Below are positions 31,531 through 41,333 of a stretch of DNA of 64,000 bases, piece after piece. Numbering within the stretch: position 1 is the stretch's first letter; the number at the start of each line of letters is the position of its first letter. A program made the position numbers and the translations under genes. The notes under the pieces were generated by a model. That model did no database searches. It saw only the letters and a program-made list of their open reading frames with translations, and had not been told where the DNA came from. Source of the DNA: an uncultured Methanoregulaceae archaeon (GTDB taxonomy: Archaea > Halobacteriota > Methanomicrobia > Methanomicrobiales > Methanospirillaceae); assembly GCA_963717525.1 (NCBI GenBank), contig OY970343.1, positions 384,001-448,000 on the forward strand, in the 5' to 3' direction.

Positions 31531-33717
31531 TTATGCCTTTGCCGGGATATCCGACGGTATCAACGGGCTGATCGCTTTCCTGCCGGGCCGGTACTCGCGG
31601 AACTGCCGGAGCGAGACGGTGAGGTCCCGGGTGAACGCGAAGTACCCGATCTGCGTATTCCGGCAGAGGTTCATTGCCATATCCATGAGACCTCGGGGAT
31701 CGGGCCGGGCCTCGCCCAGCCAGATGTGGAAAATGTTCCCCCCGTCCACGATCGGGAAAAAGACGTTCTCGATCTCCATGCGTCTGGTGAGCGGGACATC
31801 GGCGCCCGGCGCCACATGCGTCCCGTTCGTATAGTAGATCGGGAGATCCCGGGTATTCCCGAGGTTTTCGAGCGCGTAATCGAGGTCACCCTTGATCACC
31901 TTCACGGCAAAATCGTGGTATCGCTTGTCAATAAGATCCGCGACCGCAAAGCGCTGGCCGGTTGTCTCGGCAGGGGTCCGGGCAAGAGCAAGGGTCATGT
32001 TGTTCTTTTCCGAGAGTTTCCTTGCGTAGAGTTCCATCTCGGTCATCGCACGGACAGCGAGCTTGAACGCTGCCTTGGACTCGTGGGTCTGCTTGCCCGT
32101 ATGGTGCTGGACCATCTCGTTGACCCCCACCACGCCGATGGTGTACACGAGGCCTTCAAGATCGACCGCTATCGCCCCGCGTTCGCCGGTATTGGGATCT
32201 TTCGGGCGTTGCATCGCAAACGGCATCCTGCCGCTCGCCCGGATATTGTCCATCCACCGGCGCTTGATCCTGAAGAGTTCGACCGACACGTCCATGAGCG
32301 AACGGAGTTCGGCAAAGAGCCGCTCGTCGCTTCCCTGCGCCTTGTAGGCCGCACGCGGGCAGTTGACCGAGACCACCTGCCACGAGCCCATCGAGAAGTG
32401 CAGGCCCTCGTCAAAGACCAGTTTTTTACCGAAATCCGAATCCTTGTCAGCGACCGCCGAGAACTGGTAGGCGCAGCACTGGTAGCAGGAGATCCCCTTT
32501 CCCGCACCCCGGTATGCCGGGAGCTGGTTGTCGTAGTACGGCGTCCCGAACTTGGACGCGAGCTCGAAGGTCATGAGGTACAGGTCACGGAAGGTGGGAA
32601 GATCCGGGTGAGCCCGGTTGAACTCCTCGCGCTCGCTCATGAAATCCGGCTCGATGCTGATCTCGGGTTTGGGGAAGTTGAATGGCTTGCCCCAGTAATC
32701 GCCTTCGATCATCACTTCCATGAGCCCCTTGAAGAGCAGCCGGACTTCCCGCTCGAACTCGCCGTACGTGCGTCGCGGCGCCTGCTTCCCGTCCCAGACC
32801 TTCCCTTTGTAGACACAGGGCTTGTCCTGCCAGAGTGCCGGGACACCGGGCGAGAGCTGGACCGACGAGAAGACGAGCTGGCCGCCCCGTGCGACCATCA
32901 TCTGTGTCATCTCGTAGACAAACATCTGCATGTTCTGTTTGATCTCCTCGTAGGACATACCCTCCATGTACGGCGCAAGGAAGGTGAGGAAATTATAGTA
33001 GCCCTGCCCGCCGGCAAAATTCGTCTGGGCGCTCCCGAGTGCTTTTACCGCATGGAGGATGGCAACCTCCGCCCGTTTTGCCGGGCCGGCGACCGATGCC
33101 TTTGTCCCGTTCCCGTCCGGCATGAGTCCGTAGTAGAAGAAGTACCGCAGGTCCCAGTCCTGGCAGAACGGGCGCGTCCCGAAATATTCGAGGTCGTGGA
33201 TGTGCATCTCGCCGGAGAGGTGGTGATCGGCAAGATCCGGGGGAAGCTGGAGCAGGTACTGCTCCTTTGAGATCTTGTCCGCTTTTTTCTTGTGGCTTGT
33301 CTCGGCGTTCTCCTGGAGGTTTGCGTTGTCGTGCGCCTCAAAGCCCTTGCCCACGTCGATCTGGTGCGCATCGTAGACCGGTGTCCCGACCCGGGTGCAG
33401 ACGTTCCTGTACTGCAGCATCCCCTTTTCAAGGAGCGTGATATTCATGATCTCCCGGATGAGCGGGCCCGAGAGGGACTTTATGCCAAGGGAAAGAATAC
33501 GCTGTTCGACCAGCCGTGCGATATCCTGTGCGGTTGCCTCGTCTGCGCCTTCGTACCCGTAGAACGCCTCGACGAGCTTTGTCTCTTTTTTGATCTGTTC
33601 GGCGATCCGGTTCCGGTCCCACTCGATAATGTGGCCGTCGGTTGTCCGGACGAAAGGCAGGGCCGGGGAAAAACTGCCGTCAAGGGTCTGCTGCAGGGTT
33701 TCCCGTCGCGTCATCAT
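31531..33717 (-). CDS. nrdD: Anaerobic (class III) ribonucleoside-triphosphate reductase lacking the C-terminal glycyl-radical domain
   Basis: ATP cone, HIHDLEY, FAGGQG, FNFPKPE, YQCCAY, TPAETT, YYTNGTH, GGNIFHIW, GYFAFTRDLTV, then a short tail and stop. Confidence 0.92.
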   Translation of the reverse strand: MMTRRETLQQTLDGSFSPALPFVRTTDGHIIEWDRNRIAEQIKKETKLVEAFYGYEGADEATAQDIARLVEQRILSLGIKSLSGPLIREIMNITLLEKGMLQYRNVCTRVGTPVYDAHQIDVGKGFEAHDNANLQENAETSHKKKADKISKEQYLLQLPPDLADHHLSGEMHIHDLEYFGTRPFCQDWDLRYFFYYGLMPDGNGTKASVAGPAKRAEVAILHAVKALGSAQTNFAGGQGYYNFLTFLAPYMEGMSYEEIKQNMQMFVYEMTQMMVARGGQLVFSSVQLSPGVPALWQDKPCVYKGKVWDGKQAPRRTYGEFEREVRLLFKGLMEVMIEGDYWGKPFNFPKPEISIEPDFMSEREEFNRAHPDLPTFRDLYLMTFELASKFGTPYYDNQLPAYRGAGKGISCYQCCAYQFSAVADKDSDFGKKLVFDEGLHFSMGSWQVVSVNCPRAAYKAQGSDERLFAELRSLMDVSVELFRIKRRWMDNIRASGRMPFAMQRPKDPNTGERGAIAVDLEGLVYTIGVVGVNEMVQHHTGKQTHESKAAFKLAVRAMTEMELYARKLSEKNNMTLALARTPAETTGQRFAVADLIDKRYHDFAVKVIKGDLDYALENLGNTRDLPIYYTNGTHVAPGADVPLTRRMEIENVFFPIVDGGNIFHIWLGEARPDPRGLMDMAMNLCRNTQIGYFAFTRDLTVSLRQFREYRPGRKAISPLIPSDIPAKA

Positions 33718-33983
33718 GCACCCGAGAGTATCACGCCGAGTTTGTTCTCGTCCAGCGTCCCGCCCGGGAAAAGGTCGCTTGTTGTGTAGAAATCGTCGCC
33801 CCTCTGGAGGACGGGCGCCTCGTTGACAAAGACACTGTTCACCCGGAGCTCGGTGAGGGCCTCGGCAGTTGACAGGTCGCGCTCGGAAAATGCATATCCG
33901 CCTTTTTTTAAGGCATTCTTGAGCATCACGCAGTGCGGACAGGTTTCCAGGGTATACACAATCAACGGCACGGTGTTCGGCAT
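33714..33983 (-). CDS. nrdH: NrdH-like glutaredoxin/thioredoxin
   Basis: VYTLETCPHC and EAPVL; ATGA overlap with nrdD. Confidence 0.85.
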   Translation of the reverse strand: MPNTVPLIVYTLETCPHCVMLKNALKKGGYAFSERDLSTAEALTELRVNSVFVNEAPVLQRGDDFYTTSDLFPGGTLDENKLGVILSGA

Positions 33984-34107
33984 AAAAAGCACCCTCTGTT
34001 ATCTAGCACTACGCATTTTGGGGATAAAAAAATCGTGGTTTAGTACCTTCTGCACGGTCCCTGTACCGGGCCTTTTTTAGCGATTACCATTTGTAGGTGA
34101 ATGGACA

Positions 34108-34659
34108 ATGAGTACTTTAATGGTCAGGGCGTTTTTGGCATTCGAACTGTCCCCTGAAATGAGACAGCAGCTGGCAGGTACGCAGGCCGTATTGCACGGG
34201 TGCCATGCCCGGCTCACGTTTGTCGATCCTGCCATAATCCACATCACGGTGAAGTTTCTTGGCGAGGTGGACGAAAAGAAGATGCCGCAGCTGATTGCAG
34301 CGATCAGGACCGTGAAGTCCGCGCCGTTCCCGGTGGCCGGCCGCCGTATTGAGGTCAACAACCCCAAAAACCCGCATACGGTCTGGTGTGCCATTGAGGA
34401 TGGCGGGAAGGGGTGGGAGGTCTTTTCTGCAGTGGAAGCCGCACTTGCACCGCTCGGGTTTCCCCGCGAGACCCGGAGCTTTACTCCGCACGCGACGATT
34501 GCCCGGGTCAGGGAATCCGATCCCTTGCTTTTCCGGTGTCTTGACGAGCTGAAAAACGTGCCCTGCGGCAGCTGCACGATAGCCGGGCTGAAACTCAAGA
34601 AAAGCACGCTCACGGCCCGGGGCCCGGTGTACGAGGATCTCTGTGAGGTGGCATGGTGA
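34108..34659 (+). CDS. thpR: RNA 2',3'-cyclic phosphodiesterase (2H family)
   Basis: RAFLA, HITVKFLG, PHATIAR, GPVY. Confidence 0.92.
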   Translation: MSTLMVRAFLAFELSPEMRQQLAGTQAVLHGCHARLTFVDPAIIHITVKFLGEVDEKKMPQLIAAIRTVKSAPFPVAGRRIEVNNPKNPHTVWCAIEDGGKGWEVFSAVEAALAPLGFPRETRSFTPHATIARVRESDPLLFRCLDELKNVPCGSCTIAGLKLKKSTLTARGPVYEDLCEVAW

Positions 34660-36056
34660 GCGGGCCGGGCACAGAAACCGGCAGGCTCCCGCTTGAGGAG
34701 AAGATCCTCATGGAGCAGCTCCGGCCGTCCGCTGAGGAGCGGGATTATATTGCCGGTGTCGCACACCGGCTGCTTGCGGCGATTGCCAAAAGCGGGAAGG
34801 CGGAGGGGATGGTGGTCGGCTCCATTGCCCGGAATACGTGGGTGAAAGGCGACCGGGACCTCGATGTCTTCCTGCTCTTTCCTCCGGATATGCCCCGCGA
34901 GACGCTTGAAGCCGAGGGCCTGGCACTTGCCCGGAGCATTGCGCGGAAATTTACGACGAACTTCTGTGAGAAGTATGCCGAGCACCCGTACATCAACGCG
35001 ACGATCGATTCCATCGATGTCGACATCGTACCCTGCTACAATGTGGCGAGCGCGGCAAAGATCCAGAGCGCGGTCGACCGGACCCCGTTCCATACCCGGT
35101 ACATTACGGATAAGATTAACGGCCTGACCGATGACGTGCTCCTGTTGAAGCAGTTTGCAAAGGCCGGGGGGATCTACGGCTCCGACCAGATGACCGAAGG
35201 GTTCTCGGGGTATCTCTGCGAGCTTTTAATCCTCCACTACGGCGGGTTTGGCCCCCTTCTTGCCGCAGCGTCCGAGTGGGGCCCGCACCTTAAAATCGAT
35301 ATCGGGCATCACGCGGCAAAGGAATTTAACGAGCCGCTGATCGTGATCGACCCGGTCGATCCCCGGCGGAACGTGGCGGCTGCACTTTCCATCGACCGGA
35401 TGGCGGAGTTCGTGGAACTTGCCCGGGGCTACCGGGAGGCGCCATCGGCAGCGTTCTTTGCGCTGCCCAGAGAACGTCCCTGCTGCCCGAAGGACCTTTC
35501 TGCACTGCTTGCATCGCGGGGCACGTCGCTGTACGCGGTGACATTTGCGACCCCGCCCTTCATCGAGGAGATCGTGGTTCCCCAGCTGAAACGGAGCACG
35601 GGTGCGATCTGCGACCTGCTTGCCCGGAGCGGGTTCGTGGTGCATCATGCCCATTACCGGATGGGAACTGGGCGGTGTATGCTCCTCTTCGAGTTACTGG
35701 TCGATGAGCTCCCGCCCATCCGGCGTCACGAAGGTCCCCCGGTCTGGAACCAGGTTAACGCAGAAAAGTTCCGGGAGAAGTACCGGGACGCTTCCCTTCC
35801 CGGGCCGTTTATCGAGAACGGGCGGTACATCATGGAAGTGCCCCGGGAATTTGTGCGTGTATCCGATCTTCTCACATCCCCGGCGCTATTAAACGTGGGT
35901 GTCGGCCGGCACGTCCGGGCATCCCTCGCAAAAGACTGGTGCGTGTTTGAAGGCGCGGACTGCTGGCAGGAGGAGTTTGCGGCCTTCATTGCCGGGTTCT
36001 TTGCCCGGAGATCGCCGCTGGTGAGGATCGAGCGGGACAGGGTGGACCAGAGATAA
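34653..36056 (+). CDS. cca: Archaeal CCA tRNA nucleotidyltransferase
   Basis: GSIARNTWVKGDRDLDVF, YAEHPY, SAVDRTPFH, GFSGYLCEL. Confidence 0.96.
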   Translation: MVSGPGTETGRLPLEEKILMEQLRPSAEERDYIAGVAHRLLAAIAKSGKAEGMVVGSIARNTWVKGDRDLDVFLLFPPDMPRETLEAEGLALARSIARKFTTNFCEKYAEHPYINATIDSIDVDIVPCYNVASAAKIQSAVDRTPFHTRYITDKINGLTDDVLLLKQFAKAGGIYGSDQMTEGFSGYLCELLILHYGGFGPLLAAASEWGPHLKIDIGHHAAKEFNEPLIVIDPVDPRRNVAAALSIDRMAEFVELARGYREAPSAAFFALPRERPCCPKDLSALLASRGTSLYAVTFATPPFIEEIVVPQLKRSTGAICDLLARSGFVVHHAHYRMGTGRCMLLFELLVDELPPIRRHEGPPVWNQVNAEKFREKYRDASLPGPFIENGRYIMEVPREFVRVSDLLTSPALLNVGVGRHVRASLAKDWCVFEGADCWQEEFAAFIAGFFARRSPLVRIERDRVDQR

Positions 36057-36558
36057 ACCGGGTTGTAAAAGGGGTGGTATCCGGACCCGGGTTTATCCAC
36101 CTTTCACCCGGGAGAATGTGTCAAAGGGGATCTTCGCAATAGCGGCTCTCCGGCCCTTTGCCCCCTACAATTACCCGTCCGGAAATAAGGTCCCCGTACA
36201 GGCCCGCTATTGTGCAGGTTTGAGTGGCCTTATTTTTGACCTGTTTTGAAAAATATGAGCATATCACCGTTTTTTCCGTGGGCGTGGACAGCATTTCCCG
36301 TGGAACCGGAAATCGGGATCCCCGGATCGGCAATCCGGGCCCGAATTAGGCTTATTTTACCTACGCTTTTCCGGGTGGGCTGCCGGTGGTGGGAAGCTAA
36401 AAGAAGGGGATGTTTTGGGGGGATTATCGGGAAATGAAACGGCAGGGGAAACGGTTTATCCCCTGCAAAAGAAAATCCGGTCCGTAATCGTGTGGAGCAT
36501 AGTGTCGGGCCCGACCCGGCTGAAGAGGAAAAAGAGATGTATGGATCCATGGACCGTT

Positions 36559-36897
36559 TTAGATCCCCTTGGATCCCCGTTCCCCGGTCCTGACCCGGAT
36601 CGAGTCCTCGACCGGGAGCACGAAGATCTGGCCGTCGCCAACCTTGCCGGTGTATGCCGCTTTCCTGATGATCTCGATTACCTTTTCCGCTGCATCGTCA
36701 GCAATGACAATCTCCAGCTCGCGCTTGGGAATCAGGTCGACGACATACTCGGCACCCCGGTACTGCTGCTTGATCCCCTTCTGGACACCCCGCCCCTCGA
36801 CATCGAAGATCGTCATCGCCCCAAATCCTGCGTTATCCAGTCCTGCCTTGACGTCCTCAAATTTCTCGGGCCGTATCATTGCCTTGATCATCTTCAT
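36559..36897 (-). CDS. glnK: P-II nitrogen regulatory protein
   Basis: MIRPEK, GRGVQKG..QQYRGAEY, TGKVGDGQIFV, IRVRTGE. Confidence 0.93.
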   Translation of the reverse strand: MKMIKAMIRPEKFEDVKAGLDNAGFGAMTIFDVEGRGVQKGIKQQYRGAEYVVDLIPKRELEIVIADDAAEKVIEIIRKAAYTGKVGDGQIFVLPVEDSIRVRTGERGSKGI

Positions 36898-37166
36898 GGT
36901 ATTCACCTGCCGGGAAACGGGGCGGCTCTCGCTGTCCCTGCTCCCGGTTTTCCGGTAGTATAGAATGAGGAAGGCTTCCTTTAAAAGAATTCGCGAATTT
37001 GGGGAGGAAACGATGTGCCAGGGTGGGATACGATGGGAAGGTTGGATTTTTCAGGTCATAAATAACCAAAAGGGAATTCGCATCCCGGATACCTGAGGCC
37101 TCCTCTCCTGGACAAATGCAAGGTACCGGTGATGATCATCGCGGAAAAAAGAGTAAAGAGAGCCGA

Positions 37167-37775
37167 TTACGCTTTTTTCAGGATATCAGGATAATATTTT
37201 GTCAGCGCCTGCAGTGCCCTTTCCTTATGGACGTATGCCGGGTACCAGACGGTGAAAACGATAGCGAGGACCATGAACACCCATTTCAGGTTATCCCAGA
37301 AAACAAGACTTGGGGAAGGATATGCCAGCAGGACAGCATCCACGCCAAAGCCCAGGGTGAAGGCGAGTGCCCACACCGCCGTTATGATATAATTGACCCG
37401 CATGAATGAGGGGCTGTTCGCCCGCTCGGGTTCTACCCCTTCTCTTGAATACTGGAGGGTGAAGGGAAAACGGAACAGGATGGTAGCCCAGCAGACAATC
37501 GCAAGGATCAGCATCGAGAGTGCCGCAAGGTAATATGCGATATAATACTGCTGTAGTCCCACGATAAGGATAAAGAAGACTATGAAGAATAGCATGGTAA
37601 CCACGGACAGGATATACCCTTTGATCAGTTGCCGGTAACTCGTCAAAACGGTAAGCACGATACCGATAATAAATGCGAGGAGCAGGCTTACCAGGGGATT
37701 GCCCAGCGGGGCTTCGGCAACAAGGGCAAAAGCGATCCATGGCACGAATGCCAGAAAGAGCGATATCAGGTTCAT
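37167..37775 (-). CDS. Membrane protein of unknown function
   Basis: About 6 TM segments, PFTLQY motif. Confidence 0.8.
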   Translation of the reverse strand: MNLISLFLAFVPWIAFALVAEAPLGNPLVSLLLAFIIGIVLTVLTSYRQLIKGYILSVVTMLFFIVFFILIVGLQQYYIAYYLAALSMLILAIVCWATILFRFPFTLQYSREGVEPERANSPSFMRVNYIITAVWALAFTLGFGVDAVLLAYPSPSLVFWDNLKWVFMVLAIVFTVWYPAYVHKERALQALTKYYPDILKKA

Positions 37776-38044
37776 TATACCCTGAAAGTATGGTTTTTTG
37801 AAAGATAACTTTATTGAAATATTAATTGCCCCCGATCACATCTCAAACCATCGCGAGTGTCTGGTGGGGGCAGCCGGGATTCAGTGAGGGACCTGTACGC
37901 CAGTGACTGTTCCCGCAGACCGTCCGGCGCTGTTACCTTTGGGGCTGGCGGCGGATTTTTACGATCGGAAGAATGTGCAATTCAGCTGCACCAATGTATG
38001 GGATCAATCATTCACCGGGTATGGTTTAAAAAAATAAAAAAAAA

Positions 38045-39076
38045 TTATTTTTTCGCGTTCTTTTTGATCTTGGCCGCGGCGAGCTTCTCGATCGCTGCGG
38101 TATCAACACCCGGCCCGCTCACCAGTCTCTTGTTCCGCATGGCGCTCTCTACAAATCCCTTCCCGGTGTCATTCCGGATGACAAGCGTCGTATATCCTGC
38201 CTGGCTGCCGACTGCCCCGGCCGAGAGGTCAGCGGAGAGCGACGAGAAATCCGTGCAGATCCGGCAGCCCGGCCGGATCGTGTCCTCAAGATCAGCAAGC
38301 GGGACGGAGAGATGGGAATCGTCCTGCTTTAAGATATCGAGCTTGCCCTTCACGTCCAGTTTTTTTATCTCGTGCGGGGCGATCTTGTACTTCTTTTCGA
38401 GTTTCCCGTGCACGAGCCCTGCATAGTCAAAGGTCTCCGTGCAGAAGAGGCCAATCACCAGCCGGATCGCTTTTGCGTACGGGCGGAGGAGATCGTTGTC
38501 GCTCGCCCGGATCCGGGCGGCCGCCTGGACTGCGCAGGGAACGCCGATCACCGCAATCTTCGTGTACTTACGGGTGACCGCAGCCTCCTTGAGTGCCGCA
38601 AGGAGCGGCACCCACCAGCTGTACCGGCTGCCGGCCTCATGGATGAGGACATCGGACTTCGTGATGACTGCAGACGACGGTTTGAGGGTCCAGGGATCCT
38701 CGGTCACCGTGACGACGGCATCGATCAGGCCCAGGTCCAGGGCGTTTGCAAGGATTGCCGTCACCGCACCACCGCTCTGCCGGTGCGGGATCTCAAAGGC
38801 CGCTTTTGCAGAGAGCAGTTCGAGGTAGGTACCGAGCGTTCCGGCCGGCTGGTCGCCGGTCCGGGGGCAGACCGCGTAACACGCCCCGCAGGGGACACTG
38901 TCGGTCGCCTGCTTGCAGTAGCCGTTGCTTCTCGGGCTTACCACCATCTCCCCTTCCGCAAAGGAGAGGGCATCGGCCGGGCAGACGGCGACGCAGGCAC
39001 CGCAGCCCGAGCATTTCTTCTCATCCCAGACCTCGCTTTTCAAATCGAGATAACTCTTTTCTGCCATCGCCATCAC
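38045..39076 (-). CDS. Coenzyme F420 hydrogenase/dehydrogenase beta-subunit (FrhB-family) protein
   Basis: CSGCGACVAVCP, QSGGAVT, AGSRY, VIGVPC, GLFCTETF, GCRIC, GKGFV; last gene of the glutamate synthase operon. Confidence 0.9.
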   Translation of the reverse strand: MMAMAEKSYLDLKSEVWDEKKCSGCGACVAVCPADALSFAEGEMVVSPRSNGYCKQATDSVPCGACYAVCPRTGDQPAGTLGTYLELLSAKAAFEIPHRQSGGAVTAILANALDLGLIDAVVTVTEDPWTLKPSSAVITKSDVLIHEAGSRYSWWVPLLAALKEAAVTRKYTKIAVIGVPCAVQAAARIRASDNDLLRPYAKAIRLVIGLFCTETFDYAGLVHGKLEKKYKIAPHEIKKLDVKGKLDILKQDDSHLSVPLADLEDTIRPGCRICTDFSSLSADLSAGAVGSQAGYTTLVIRNDTGKGFVESAMRNKRLVSGPGVDTAAIEKLAAAKIKKNAKK

Positions 39077-39816
39077 TCCGGTGTATATTTGTTTCCAAAC
39101 GGCCGTGCGCTCGAAGCGGCGATCCGGGAGTACGATGCTGAGACAAGCGGCTCTGCATCGATCCCGAACGTCTTTGCAAAATCCTCGATGATGGGCCGTA
39201 TCATCGCCACCTGCTCAGCAGTTGCCGGCAGCTGCCGCGCGCCAACCCCGAGGTTCTTATCCTCGACCGTTCCGCGCACAAAGATCTCGCCGCCGTGGAT
39301 GCCGCTCCCGACGCCGCGTTCTGCGACCGGTGCCTGACCGTTTAAGCCAAGGACTATCAGGAGTCCCCCTGCCATATATTCGCCGAGAAACGCACGGGCG
39401 GAACCGCCGACCACCAGGATCGGGCGCTTCTCCATATACTGCTTCATATGAATGCCGCCCCGGTACCCGATGCTGTCCCGGACATATACCCGGCCGCCCC
39501 GCATGCTGTGGGCGGTCGCATCACCGGCACTCCCGTGGATGATCACCTTGCCTTGGTTCATCGTGTTGCCCGGCGCATGATCGGCGTTCCCGTGGACGAC
39601 GACGGTCGGGCCGCTCATGAACATCGCAAGGTCGCCGCCCGGGACACCATTCACCGTGATCGTCACGCCGTCCCCCCTGAGCCCGTCAGCGATAAAGCGC
39701 TGGCCGAGCACGTTATCGATTACGATCTCCTTTACGCCATCGCAGATTGCTTTCCGGACCTGCTGGTTGAGCGGAGTGTAGTGCAGCTCCTTTGCGTCGA
39801 TATGGACTGCTGCCAT
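39073..39816 (-). CDS. Glutamate synthase GXGXG beta-helix subunit (GltB domain 3)
   Basis: GQRFIADG, GNTMNQG, YRGGIHMK, GEYMAGG. Confidence 0.9.
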   Translation of the reverse strand: MAAVHIDAKELHYTPLNQQVRKAICDGVKEIVIDNVLGQRFIADGLRGDGVTITVNGVPGGDLAMFMSGPTVVVHGNADHAPGNTMNQGKVIIHGSAGDATAHSMRGGRVYVRDSIGYRGGIHMKQYMEKRPILVVGGSARAFLGEYMAGGLLIVLGLNGQAPVAERGVGSGIHGGEIFVRGTVEDKNLGVGARQLPATAEQVAMIRPIIEDFAKTFGIDAEPLVSASYSRIAASSARPFGNKYTPE

Positions 39817-39821
39817 CGCTC

Positions 39822-41333
39822 CTACGCCCCCACGGACTTTACATCCAGCACCCTGAGCAGCCCCTCGTCCAGCATATAGCCTCGGAGCCGGTCGCGGTTG
39901 CCCCGCAGGCTCTCGATGCTGTTGATGCCGGCGGCACCCATCAGTTCTGCGATCTCTTCGGTCCACGCGTGGATCAGGTTTGCCACCTGCACCGCGTTTG
40001 TCTCGGGGTCCAGCCTCTTCGTGAGCTCCGGTTTCTGGGTCGCGATCCCCCACGCGCAGGTGCCCCGGTTGCAGGTACCGCAGACCCGGCAGCCCATCGC
40101 AACGAGCGCTGATGTGCCGATGTAGACGGCGTCAGCGCCAAGGCAGATGATCTTCGCGATATCGGCACTCTCCCGGATCCCGCCGCTTGCGATGATCGAG
40201 ACCTCGTTTCTGATTCCCTGCGAGCGCAGCTTTGCGTCCGTGCTTGCAACAGCGGCCTCGACCGGGATGCCCACGTGGTCGCGGAAGACACGGGGTGCTG
40301 CACCCGTGCCGCCCCGGAACCCGTCGATTACTACGGCATCGGCACCAGAGCGTGCGATCCCGGCCGCGATCGCCGCCGAGTTGTGGACCGCGGCGATCTT
40401 CACAAAGACGGGTTTCTTCCACTCGGTCGCTTCCTTGAGGCTGTGCACGAGCTGTTTTAAGTCCTCGATACTGTAGATATCGTGGTGTGGCGCCGGGCTG
40501 ATCGCGTCGCTCCCCTCGGGGATCATCCGCGTACTGGAGACTTCGGCATTCACTTTTTCTCCGGGCAGGTGTCCACCGATCCCCGGCTTTGCGCCCTGGC
40601 CGATCTTGATCTCGATCGCGGCCCCGCGTTCAAGGTAGTTGATGTCGACGCCGAACCGCCCTGATGCAACCTGCACGATGATATGGCTCTGGTACGGGTA
40701 GAGCGACTCGTGGAGCCCGCCTTCTCCGGTCCCCATGAATGTCCCCATTTTGGTTACTGCCTTTGCAAGAGCGGTCTGGGCATTCAGGCTGATCGCACCG
40801 TAACTCATGTGGCCTATCATGATGGGTGTCTCGAGCTTGAGATTCGGGGCGAGTCTTGTGAGGAGGTCCGTATCGCCGTTGGGGTATTCCTTTACGGAAA
40901 GTGCCGCAGGCTTTTTGCCGATATAGGTCCGCAGCTCCATGGGCTCGCGGAGCGGGTCGATCGAGGGGTTGGTAACCTGGCATGCATCAAGAACGAGCCG
41001 GTCGAAGATCATCGGGTAGGGAAGGACGTTTCCCATCCCGGCTATGATGATCTTCCCGGTCTTCGCCTGGTTGAATACAGCCTCGCGGATCTCGCGGGTC
41101 CAGACCGGGTGGCTCCGGTAATCGGTGGGCTTCTCGTAGATACTGATCGCATCGCGCGGGCAGAAGGCAAGGCAGCGGTGGCAGGCCACGCAGTTCCGGG
41201 AGTTGACATCGATTTTGGTGTCCTCTTTACGGAACACGCCGTACGAGCAGTTCTCGACACAGCGACCGCAGTTCATGCAACGCTCGGTGTCAAGCTCGAC
41301 CTTGAAGCGGAGCGGGATGCTGCCGATGCTCAT
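39822..41333 (-). CDS. Glutamate synthase FMN-binding subunit with 2x[4Fe-4S] ferredoxin (GltB domain 2)
   Basis: CMNCGRC..C, MSYGAIS, TGEGG, QVASGRFGV, KIGQGAKPGIGGHLPG, CRVCGTC....C. Confidence 0.95.
   Translation of the reverse strand: MSIGSIPLRFKVELDTERCMNCGRCVENCSYGVFRKEDTKIDVNSRNCVACHRCLAFCPRDAISIYEKPTDYRSHPVWTREIREAVFNQAKTGKIIIAGMGNVLPYPMIFDRLVLDACQVTNPSIDPLREPMELRTYIGKKPAALSVKEYPNGDTDLLTRLAPNLKLETPIMIGHMSYGAISLNAQTALAKAVTKMGTFMGTGEGGLHESLYPYQSHIIVQVASGRFGVDINYLERGAAIEIKIGQGAKPGIGGHLPGEKVNAEVSSTRMIPEGSDAISPAPHHDIYSIEDLKQLVHSLKEATEWKKPVFVKIAAVHNSAAIAAGIARSGADAVVIDGFRGGTGAAPRVFRDHVGIPVEAAVASTDAKLRSQGIRNEVSIIASGGIRESADIAKIICLGADAVYIGTSALVAMGCRVCGTCNRGTCAWGIATQKPELTKRLDPETNAVQVANLIHAWTEEIAELMGAAGINSIESLRGNRDRLRGYMLDEGLLRVLDVKSVGA

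Noticed and set aside
36969..36979. GGAAGGCTTCC upstream of the solitary glnK as an NrpR box
   Set aside because: The spacer is 3 nt rather than 6
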